This document shows, piece after piece, positions 28,508 to 37,161 of a stretch of 64,000 nt of DNA. The stretch is from a virus. Each line of letters starts with the position of its first letter. Within the stretch, counting starts at the first letter, position 1. The notes below the pieces were generated by a model. The model saw only the letters and a list, made by a program, of their open reading frames with translations. It ran no database searches and was not told the DNA's origin. Made by a program: the position numbers and the translations under genes. Where the stretch lies: positions 32,001 to 96,000 of IMG/VR virus record IMGVR_UViG_3300036770_004732; one strand, given 5' to 3'.

Positions 28508-30406
28508 TTAGTTTGTAACTCCGTGATCAGAAGTAATAGCTACAGGTACATTATTTCCACTATCAGTTGTAACTTCAGTAGAAAAATTTAATCTAAGTAT
28601 ATTACTTGATGTTGTTGGTATAGATCCACCAACAATATATCCATAATAATCACTCGATAATGAAGCTGCAGATGAGGTAGTAACTGGTAGATTATTCGCT
28701 GGATTACTAACAGTTTCTGTAGAAAATGGAAATTTATATACCGTGTTAATATATGGAAAAGAACCTCCACATATGTATCCTTCAGAATTATTCTGAACCG
28801 CTGCGCGACCATCACATGTTGTTGGTGATACTGTACCAATTACTGAAGTAGTTTCACTTATAAAATCAAGTCTAGTTATAGTTGTAAACCAATCATCTGC
28901 TGGAGGATCATAATAATATCCACCCATAAAATAACCATATGAATTAGTAGAAAAATTTTGTCTATATCTACCTTTAAAAGGTAAATTTTTTCCAGTATCG
29001 GTTATAACTTCATTAGAAAAATCCATTCTGGTTATGTCGCTATATTCTTCGAAAGGAGGATATTGCCCACCGCAAAAATAACCATAGTTATTGTTCATGA
29101 CATTTTGAGATGGAAAATATGCAATACCTAATAAACGTTTTTGGGAATCAGTCGCAGTTTCGTTAGAGAAATCAAATCTTACTATTGTAGAAATAGTGGA
29201 TGGTGTGGGAGTACCCCCACCAGTAAAATATCCATAATTATTATTAAATACAAATCCACATGTATTTGCACTTGCTGGATTAGTTGCACTTATAAGTTGA
29301 GAAGATTCACTAGATAAATCAAGTCTAATGTAAGATGTTCTCGTTTGTATGTATCCATAAGTCCTAAATCCTTTAGAACGATAAGTTGATGTTCCACCAG
29401 AGAATGCTGCTGTTCCTGATCTAATTGTCGGTAAATTATTTCCCGGATCACTTATAGTTTCAGTATTCAAATCAAGTTTAGTAATTGTATTAATTGGCGT
29501 ATTTGAAGAATTTCTACCTCCACAATAATACCCAAAAGAATTACTTGGAGTTCCAGACACTCCATCTCTTGCTGTTGGTAAATCATTTCCTGGACTACTT
29601 ACAGTTTCGCTGGAAAAATCAAGTCTTTCTATTCTACAATAATAAGTTCCAGAAGGTGTTCCTGGGGGTGGATATGTAAATCCTCCACCAAAATATCCAT
29701 AAGAATTATTGGAAGTGGAAGCAAATCCATTTTTTGCCTCTAGCAAATTATTTCCAGGATCACCTATGGTTTCATTAGAAAAATCAAGTCGTGTTATTAC
29801 ATTTAAAGATCCAAAAGGAGATGATGGATCACCGCCACCACCAAAATATCCATAAGAAATAGATTGGATACCACATGATCTAAATCTTCCCGAAGGTAAA
29901 TTATTTCCCGGATCACTTACGGTTTCATTGGAGAAATCTAATCTAGATACTGTATTAGTGGTTGGAGCCGGTGGAGTATCACTACCACTGGATAAGTATC
30001 CATAAGAATTATTCGAAACTGTCGTCAAATTAAACTTTGATATCGGCAAATTATTTCCTGGATTGCTTACAGTTTCATTCGCAAAATCAAGTCTTGATAT
30101 TGTATTGAAAAAAACAGATGGGGGAGTTGGAGCAAGTCCACCAATAATATAACCATATAAATTATTTGAAGTTGCTGCAATCCGCTCCTTTCCTTCAAGT
30201 AAATTATTTCCTGGATTATTTACCGTCTCATTGAAAAAATCAATTCTTGATATTGTATTGTAATCAATATTGGGTGGAGCAAATCCACCAATAATATAAC
30301 CATAAGTAGCACCTTCTGGCCAACTTTCAAAGTTGTTATCATCTACATTTTTTACTTGCCCATCATAAACAGAATTTAATCCAAATACAGATCCGACTAC
30401 TGCCAT
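28508..30406 (-). CDS. Kelch-like 12-repeat beta-propeller protein, paralog 2
   Basis: Same repeat unit and same NNFESWPE N-terminus as paralog 1; the most divergent of the three. Confidence 0.8.
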   Translation of the reverse strand: MAVVGSVFGLNSVYDGQVKNVDDNNFESWPEGATYGYIIGGFAPPNIDYNTISRIDFFNETVNNPGNNLLEGKERIAATSNNLYGYIIGGLAPTPPSVFFNTISRLDFANETVSNPGNNLPISKFNLTTVSNNSYGYLSSGSDTPPAPTTNTVSRLDFSNETVSDPGNNLPSGRFRSCGIQSISYGYFGGGGDPSSPFGSLNVITRLDFSNETIGDPGNNLLEAKNGFASTSNNSYGYFGGGFTYPPPGTPSGTYYCRIERLDFSSETVSSPGNDLPTARDGVSGTPSNSFGYYCGGRNSSNTPINTITKLDLNTETISDPGNNLPTIRSGTAAFSGGTSTYRSKGFRTYGYIQTRTSYIRLDLSSESSQLISATNPASANTCGFVFNNNYGYFTGGGTPTPSTISTIVRFDFSNETATDSQKRLLGIAYFPSQNVMNNNYGYFCGGQYPPFEEYSDITRMDFSNEVITDTGKNLPFKGRYRQNFSTNSYGYFMGGYYYDPPADDWFTTITRLDFISETTSVIGTVSPTTCDGRAAVQNNSEGYICGGSFPYINTVYKFPFSTETVSNPANNLPVTTSSAASLSSDYYGYIVGGSIPTTSSNILRLNFSTEVTTDSGNNVPVAITSDHGVTN

Positions 30407-30412
30407 TGATTT

Positions 30413-31252
30413 TTACTCTATTTTAAGATCTTGATTAAATAATGATTGTGGAATTTGCTTTTGTTCTTGCTCTTCAACACCGCGAATAAGTTGTTGATCC
30501 ATTCCGGTAATTTCTTCAATGCCTGCAGAAACTGCTTGCTGAAGACTATTCAAAAAGTCCATAGGATTATTTGGATCACCAAAACTACCTTTGATACGAT
30601 TGGCATCATCAGTCAATACTGTAGGGGCACTTGCACGCCTCATAGAACGAATATTTCCAGCATTCACACCAGTTCTCGCAGCAAGCAAATCATCAAGTGA
30701 CTGATTAGCGAGTCTACGTTCCCAGTAGTTTGGTTGATCTTCATTATATTGTTCTCTTGAAACTAATTTACCACCATTTAATTCAATCAAACGATTAATT
30801 AATTTATCAAAACATTGAAGTTCTTCTACTGCTGCTTTAAATCCACGATTTAATCCTTCAAGCATACGATGAAAATGAAACTCATCGATATCATACCAAC
30901 ATAGTTGTTCACCACCTTCACGAGTTTTCCACCAAATTGGTTGAGTCTTATCCTTTCCTTCCCACTTATAATTAAACTCTCTTGCTGCTCTCTTTGCTTC
31001 AATGACTTGTTGTAAAAGACCTTCTGCTACACTTCTACGATTGATAAGTGCTGCCTTAAATGCTGATGGAATTGTAAAGTTGTCATGAATAATAAACTTT
31101 TCAATTTGGAAATCTGAACGACCTTGTGCAAGTTCAGTCTCACTTTCTTCCCAACGAGTTGCCTCTTGAAGAACCTTAAGCATAAATTCATTATTATCAT
31201 CTAAAACTTCTTTAGATGTTGCAAGTGCAATTGCTTCATAATTGTTAGACAT
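30413..31252 (-). CDS. Hypothetical alpha-helical protein within the propeller cluster
   Basis: 279 aa ORF; late promoter TATAAATA at 31283-31290 upstream. Confidence 0.7.
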   Translation of the reverse strand: MSNNYEAIALATSKEVLDDNNEFMLKVLQEATRWEESETELAQGRSDFQIEKFIIHDNFTIPSAFKAALINRRSVAEGLLQQVIEAKRAAREFNYKWEGKDKTQPIWWKTREGGEQLCWYDIDEFHFHRMLEGLNRGFKAAVEELQCFDKLINRLIELNGGKLVSREQYNEDQPNYWERRLANQSLDDLLAARTGVNAGNIRSMRRASAPTVLTDDANRIKGSFGDPNNPMDFLNSLQQAVSAGIEEITGMDQQLIRGVEEQEQKQIPQSLFNQDLKIE

Positions 31253-31285
31253 ACTTATCCAATTAAATTAATAGTGTTGTTTTAT

Positions 31286-32992
31286 TTATAGTGCAAATCT
31301 TTGAGTAACGGCAAGAGATAATCTTCTATCAGCAACTTCTTTTCCCCACTTTTTACAGAAGTGACGATACAATTGTTCCGTTCTTGAGTCTTTTTCTTCT
31401 TTAGTTTCATTATCTAAAGTTCTATGAGAAAAATGAAGTAAATATGATTGATGATTGAACTTGGTTTCAAATCCAAGTTGTTCTGCTCTAAGTCCATAAT
31501 CTATATCTTCTCCACCACCTTTTCCAAATTCCTCATCAAATAATCCAACCTTTGAACTGACTTCATGAGGAATATAAAAACAATAGAATGCTTTGATTAA
31601 GTTTGGTGCCACATTCTGGGGTTGTGTTGTAATTTGAGAAGCAATTTGATTGAGTGATTCTTCTTTACCAACAAATTCTTCAAGTTCCATTTCACCTTTT
31701 ATCCAATCACCTTGTAAGTGTTGGTTACATAAAGGAATAGAAACTGAATTTGAATCACCTAAATTTTGATTCCAGTTTTTTGTAAAAACAATATCATTAT
31801 TCAGTCCAACAAAATCAGCACCATCCATAATTGCTTGCTTAAGAATGAAATTCATATTCTCAGCAAAAGACTTTGGCAAAACATTTGAGACTACTGTAAT
31901 ATTTTCATAGTCCTTAGTAAATGATTTATCATTATCAATCAAGAAAAACTTATCTTGTTTTTTAAAAATACTATTTCTAAAAAATGTGTCTAGTGCAAGA
32001 TGTGTATATTTTTGAGAACACTTCATATCCACCATACAATAATATCTCGGTCTTTCTTGATCTTCTTTTGAAAGACCTTGTATTAAATTTTCCCAAACTA
32101 CTGCAATCCTTTTCCAATCATAAGTTTCTTTTGTGATTTGAGAAAGTTCTTTTGTTGCAGCATAAAATGTCTGAGGTTCTTTATCGAAGAAATCAAAACA
32201 TCTTGATAACTCTTGTGCAAATTCATTCACAAATTTTGGAGATGGTTCCCAACCAACTGGAGTATTTTTTCCAATCATAGGAATATACTTACCACGATTG
32301 AATGAGACCTCTCTCAGTGCCCCTATATCGCTTGTAATTGGGTAGCATCCACATACCATTGCCTCTGCCATAGATACGCAGAATGTCTCCTCCCAGACGT
32401 TAGGATGCACAAAGAAAGCAGCATCTTGAATATGAGGAAAAAGTTGTTCTCGGTCAATACAAGGAGAATATTCCACACCAGGAAGAGACTTGAGTTCTTC
32501 AATTGCCTCCAAGTGTTCTGGTATTTTGAAGTGTTGTTCATATTCTTCTCCGTAAAGATTATGAGAAGAAAATACTTTTAACTTTGCATCTGGATGATTT
32601 TTAATGACTTGTTTCCAGATTTTTGGAAGTGGTACAATGCCCTTATGGGGTCCAGAAAAGTAAATTGCTGTCTTGGATTTTGGTGATTTAGGATGAAAAA
32701 TATCCGCAACACCATTCGGAATGACTACAATCTTCTCTGCAGGTGCTCGGTTGTATTTGATATATTGTTCTGCTTCCCAGTTTGATACACAGACAATTAA
32801 ATCAATCTGCGATACAAGTTCGGGGAGTCTTAAGAGTTGTGGTTGATCGCAATTGTCATGTGCCCACAGAATTTTATATTTCTTATTTGATTGTGCAAGT
32901 ACTTCTATACTTCTTGAAACTTCAACATTATTTGGAAAAGAATAATATTGATTGAGATAATAAAAAGAACTTTCAGTTGCTCCAGATTTCAT
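31286..32992 (-). CDS. Bifunctional glycosyltransferase (GT4/GT-B + GT2/GT-A)
   Basis: VVIPNG and ETFCVSMAEAM (EX7E); C-terminal LNNDI and VGLFDEEFG.GGGEDIDY..R. Confidence 0.85.
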   Translation of the reverse strand: MKSGATESSFYYLNQYYSFPNNVEVSRSIEVLAQSNKKYKILWAHDNCDQPQLLRLPELVSQIDLIVCVSNWEAEQYIKYNRAPAEKIVVIPNGVADIFHPKSPKSKTAIYFSGPHKGIVPLPKIWKQVIKNHPDAKLKVFSSHNLYGEEYEQHFKIPEHLEAIEELKSLPGVEYSPCIDREQLFPHIQDAAFFVHPNVWEETFCVSMAEAMVCGCYPITSDIGALREVSFNRGKYIPMIGKNTPVGWEPSPKFVNEFAQELSRCFDFFDKEPQTFYAATKELSQITKETYDWKRIAVVWENLIQGLSKEDQERPRYYCMVDMKCSQKYTHLALDTFFRNSIFKKQDKFFLIDNDKSFTKDYENITVVSNVLPKSFAENMNFILKQAIMDGADFVGLNNDIVFTKNWNQNLGDSNSVSIPLCNQHLQGDWIKGEMELEEFVGKEESLNQIASQITTQPQNVAPNLIKAFYCFYIPHEVSSKVGLFDEEFGKGGGEDIDYGLRAEQLGFETKFNHQSYLLHFSHRTLDNETKEEKDSRTEQLYRHFCKKWGKEVADRRLSLAVTQRFAL

Positions 32993-33016
32993 ATCAAAAT
33001 GATGTAGATGATTTAT

Positions 33017-34855
33017 TTAGTTTGAAAACCCAGAGGCCTCCAGTATCGTTTCGGTAAAATTTGTTGTAAGATTTAAATTATCAGTTGAAAAATCAATCCT
33101 ACTCATTTGAGTTGCTAACCCGGGATTTATGTATCCATAAAAACTACTTGATGATGCTGATGAAATTGATGTGGTTGTTGGTAAATTATTTCCCGGATTA
33201 CTAAAAGTTTCACTGGAGAAATCAAGTCTTGAAATTGTATTATATGCTAATGGACCGGGAGGACCATTACTACCACCACAAAAATATCCATATAAATTAT
33301 TTTGAACTGTCGATGCACTATCTTTTCCGCGCGGCGACCAAAATCCAGTCAAGGAAATCACTTCAGTTGAAAAATTTATCTTTAGTTGCTGTGATGGCAA
33401 AAAAAGTCCATTATCTCGCCCAATGTATCCATAAAGTTTGGTAGAAACTCCAGAACCACCTATTGCGGCAGATGGAGTATTTTTTCCCGGATTGCTTGAA
33501 GTTTCATTTGAAAAATCAAGTCTCATAACTGTATTAGACGAGGTAAATGGTGGGGATGTAGGAGATCCACCAAAAAAATACCCATAATTGCAAGACTCAG
33601 TAGATCCACCAGGATTGAGACTCAATGATAAATTTTTTCCAGGATTGCTTGAAGTTTCATTTGAAAAATCAAGTCTAGTAATTGTATTTGTGGCTGGCGA
33701 ATTGCCCCCAAAATAACTATAATTGTTATTAGTAACTGTATTTGATTTATATCTTGGTGAGGTTAAATTTTTTGCAGGTGAACTCAATAATTCTGTAGAA
33801 AAATCTAATCTTGTGACTGTACTACTATTTCCTGGAATAGATGGTCTAAGTCCTCCAGCAAAATATCCATAAGTCTTAAATCCTTTGGCACGATAGAATG
33901 ATGTTCCACCAGATACTGCCGATAACCCAGATCTTGCCGTTGGTAAATTATTTCCTGGATCACTTACTGTTTCATTGGAAAAATCAAGTCTTGATATGGT
34001 GTTAATAAATGGTGGAGAATAACCACCACCAAAATAACCATAAGAATCACTTGAAGTTGCCGATAATCCAGATCTTGTCGTTGGAAAATTATTTCCTGGA
34101 TCACTTACTGTTTCATTGGAAAAATCAAGTCTTGTTATGGTGGTAGCAATAGGTGGTGAACCTGGAGGAGAATAACCGCCACCAAAATAACCATATGAGT
34201 TATTTGATGTTCCCTTCAAATTAGATCTTTCTGTTGGTAAATTATTTCCAGGATTACTTACGGTTTCATTTGAAAAATCAAGTCTTGATATTATACTAAG
34301 ACCGGTTCCACCACCATAATATCCATAAGAATTACTGGATAGACTTCCTAATAAAGTTCTTGCCGTTGGTAAATTATTTCCAGGATCACTTACGGTTTCA
34401 TTGGAAAGATCAAGTCTTGTGATGGTGCTAATACTTGTTGGAGTATCACCACCACCAAAATAACCATAAGAATCACTTGAAGTTACTCCCATCGAAGATC
34501 TTGCCGTTGGTAAATTATTTCCAGGATCACTTACGGTTTCATTGGAAAGATCAAGTCTTGTTATGGTACTAATATATGTTGGAATAAGACCACCACCAAA
34601 ATAACCATAAAAATTATTTGATGTTCCTTCAAAACCAGATCTTCCTGTTGGTAAATTATTTCCAGGATTACTTATAGTTTCATTTGAAAAATCAAGTCTT
34701 GTTATGGTATTGAGATACGTTGCTGGTGGAGAACTAAATCCTCCACCATAATATCCATAAGTAGCACTTTCTGGCCAACTTTCAAAATTATTATCAGTTA
34801 CGTTTTGAACTTGCTTCTTATAAACTTTGAGAAGACCAAAGACTCCAGATGTCAT
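33017..34855 (-). CDS. Kelch-like 12-repeat beta-propeller protein, paralog 3
   Basis: Same repeat unit and N-terminus; shares exact DNA blocks with paralog 1. Confidence 0.8.
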   Translation of the reverse strand: MTSGVFGLLKVYKKQVQNVTDNNFESWPESATYGYYGGGFSSPPATYLNTITRLDFSNETISNPGNNLPTGRSGFEGTSNNFYGYFGGGLIPTYISTITRLDLSNETVSDPGNNLPTARSSMGVTSSDSYGYFGGGDTPTSISTITRLDLSNETVSDPGNNLPTARTLLGSLSSNSYGYYGGGTGLSIISRLDFSNETVSNPGNNLPTERSNLKGTSNNSYGYFGGGYSPPGSPPIATTITRLDFSNETVSDPGNNFPTTRSGLSATSSDSYGYFGGGYSPPFINTISRLDFSNETVSDPGNNLPTARSGLSAVSGGTSFYRAKGFKTYGYFAGGLRPSIPGNSSTVTRLDFSTELLSSPAKNLTSPRYKSNTVTNNNYSYFGGNSPATNTITRLDFSNETSSNPGKNLSLSLNPGGSTESCNYGYFFGGSPTSPPFTSSNTVMRLDFSNETSSNPGKNTPSAAIGGSGVSTKLYGYIGRDNGLFLPSQQLKINFSTEVISLTGFWSPRGKDSASTVQNNLYGYFCGGSNGPPGPLAYNTISRLDFSSETFSNPGNNLPTTTSISSASSSSFYGYINPGLATQMSRIDFSTDNLNLTTNFTETILEASGFSN

Positions 34856-34859
34856 TTAC

Positions 34860-35519
34860 TTATCCTTCCTGAAATACGTGTGATCCCACATGTGCAAGTC
34901 TAATATTAGTATTTAACCAAGCAATATATCCAACACTCTTTGCTCGTTCAAAAAATGAAAAATCTTCTGGCAAATAACTCATATCTTTTTTAAGTTCTAG
35001 AAAATAATGATACGAGTTATGATATTCTTTTTCTGTCGGTGGATAATTACTATTATTAGTTGGGGGATAATATTTTAGTTCTTCACCATATCTTTTTGAA
35101 ATATCTTCAAATACTTTTCTTTTAATCATTGCAAAACCAAAACCAATATTTTCAATTTTTATCAATTCTCCATCTACAACTTCTGGTTTTGAAATGTTGT
35201 AATTATATCTTAACGGAATAGATTTCATTGGATATGCGCCACAAACAATATCTTTATCACGCTTTAAAAGACTGAAAACATCTTCTGGAGTGAATCCAAC
35301 ATCAGAATCAATGAATAAAATTCTTTCATACTCAGTATTGTTCATAAAGAAATTAACCATCTTAGAACGGCCCTGTGTAATCAGACTTTCATTTGCCATC
35401 ATCAACAAACCGTGATCTATACCTGCTGATCTTAGTTCCTTTCCAAGATTAAACAAACCTTTTGCAGTTTTATCACTTACGATTCCACCGTAGCAAGGCA
35501 ATGCAATTAATAAAGACAT
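34860..35519 (-). CDS. GT-A fold glycosyltransferase
   Basis: IALPCYGG, NESLIT.GR, LFIDSD (DxD), GFGF..IKR.VF, EDF.F..R and L.H.G. Confidence 0.8.
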   Translation of the reverse strand: MSLLIALPCYGGIVSDKTAKGLFNLGKELRSAGIDHGLLMMANESLITQGRSKMVNFFMNNTEYERILFIDSDVGFTPEDVFSLLKRDKDIVCGAYPMKSIPLRYNYNISKPEVVDGELIKIENIGFGFAMIKRKVFEDISKRYGEELKYYPPTNNSNYPPTEKEYHNSYHYFLELKKDMSYLPEDFSFFERAKSVGYIAWLNTNIRLAHVGSHVFQEG

Positions 35520-35534
35520 AAAAAATTAATTATA

Positions 35535-36455
35535 CTATGTTATATATTTACCCGAAAGAGTGACTCCCAAAACATTCGCAACAGATGCTCCACCAACAAT
35601 ACTATCACTTACAGGAAGATATTTTGGTTTTTCTAATATTTCAATTACACTATTTTTTGGAATTGTAAGATTATAAACCAAATATCCCAATCTTACTCCC
35701 GTCGCTAATGATCCACGATAAATTGAAATGGAAGCATCAATATCAATATTCAAACTATAATTACAAAGTTTGATGGACTGTAGCATTGCTGGATTTGTAG
35801 ATGCTTGAAATATTTGAGTTCCTGATGCGGTAGTTACTGTTTTTCCTGTTCCAACATAATCAGTATCATCTTTTGTAGAGTATGTAATCCATGCATCAAG
35901 TCCGTTAATAATACCTGTTGCAGTAGATCCTGTTCCGGAAAGTGCTTGGAACCTTAAGACATCTGATGGATTTGCTACAATTGGTTGATTTAAGAATTCA
36001 GTTGCACCTTGATATGGAATAATCACTCTTTGTGCTAAAGGAACATTTGATCCGCCATTAAAATCATGTCTTCCTACAAAATATAATTCATTAGAGAATG
36101 AATTAGAAATATGAATAGACTCGATTACATACTTTTTACCTGATGTTGATGGAAATGAATATGCAATGCCAGGACCAACAAAAATATCATTTGTTTCTGC
36201 AGTGTTTGTACCAACACCAGAAGTTACAGAAACATAAATGGATGTTGTAATACCAGTATCAAATGTTCCAGAACCACCACCACCACTAGTAAACTCTACA
36301 CCTGCCTGATATAAAGTTCCAGAAAAATTAATATCTCCACCAACGTCTAATGTATATCCAGGAGAAGTGCTAGTTATGCCAATCCTATCATTGCTGACAT
36401 CAACACTTATAATATTCTCTGCAGATATGTTAGAAGTATTTCTAGTCTTTCCCAT
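35535..36455 (-). CDS. Virion structural/adaptor-like protein, paralog A
   Basis: RIGITSTSPGYTLDVGGDINFSG tail-fibre motif; paralog of 27450-28445. Confidence 0.65.
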   Translation of the reverse strand: MGKTRNTSNISAENIISVDVSNDRIGITSTSPGYTLDVGGDINFSGTLYQAGVEFTSGGGGSGTFDTGITTSIYVSVTSGVGTNTAETNDIFVGPGIAYSFPSTSGKKYVIESIHISNSFSNELYFVGRHDFNGGSNVPLAQRVIIPYQGATEFLNQPIVANPSDVLRFQALSGTGSTATGIINGLDAWITYSTKDDTDYVGTGKTVTTASGTQIFQASTNPAMLQSIKLCNYSLNIDIDASISIYRGSLATGVRLGYLVYNLTIPKNSVIEILEKPKYLPVSDSIVGGASVANVLGVTLSGKYIT

Positions 36456-36482
36456 GACTTATATTTTAGAAGTATTTATCAT

Positions 36483-37157
36483 CTACGGTACATGCAATCT
36501 AAGGCAAGGTCTATAAGATCTTGTTGATGAAGCAGTATCGGTTACAAGATATGTGCCAGCACTATCTGTCCAAGTATAATACATAGTACCTGTATTACTA
36601 ATTCTTGATATTCCAGAAGAACTGTAATTTGTGGGGCATTGTCCCCATGCAAATATAAATCCTAATGCACTTTCACCATCATATACAAAATTACTACTAA
36701 AAGAAATGGTAATATATGTGTTAGTTGAACTTGGATTGAAACTATGTTGACTTCTTACTGTAGTAAAGTCTGCTCTACCCGATCCTGATAGTGTTGGATT
36801 TGTAGAAGAAGTACTACCCGAAGGCATATGCATCATCGCAACTGCATAATTTGGTAATGGTCGATATACTGGTGCATTAGTTTGATAAAATGATAATGCA
36901 TTTATCGTTCCACCACCCGCAAGCGCATTTGTTCCATTAGCAGTTATTTCATTATAAGTATAAGTAAATCCAAGTATTGTTCTCCTAAAGAAGATATTAG
37001 TAACATTGGTTGAATTAGATGCATTAAGTGAAGTACTGGTATCAGGAAACGGTCCATATATTCCCGTTGGAGCTGGAGGTAGTGTTGTTTCACCACTAGA
37101 AACTAATATACTTGAAGAACCACCACCAAGTCCTATTAAACCTTTTATTGGTGTCAT
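36483..37157 (-). CDS. Putative fibre-tip/structural protein
   Basis: Ser/Thr-rich and beta-rich, with an MTPI.GL.GLGGG N-terminus; immediately after the collagen-like fibre gene. Confidence 0.5.
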   Translation of the reverse strand: MTPIKGLIGLGGGSSSILVSSGETTLPPAPTGIYGPFPDTSTSLNASNSTNVTNIFFRRTILGFTYTYNEITANGTNALAGGGTINALSFYQTNAPVYRPLPNYAVAMMHMPSGSTSSTNPTLSGSGRADFTTVRSQHSFNPSSTNTYITISFSSNFVYDGESALGFIFAWGQCPTNYSSSGISRISNTGTMYYTWTDSAGTYLVTDTASSTRSYRPCLRLHVP

Positions 37158-37161
37158 ACTA

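Noticed and set aside
24610-34855. Regular DNA repeats with variable intervening segments, resembling a CRISPR array or a DGR
   Set aside because: The repeats are in-frame, degenerate protein repeats. There are no cas genes, no reverse transcriptase and no adenine-specific TR/VR pair in the window.
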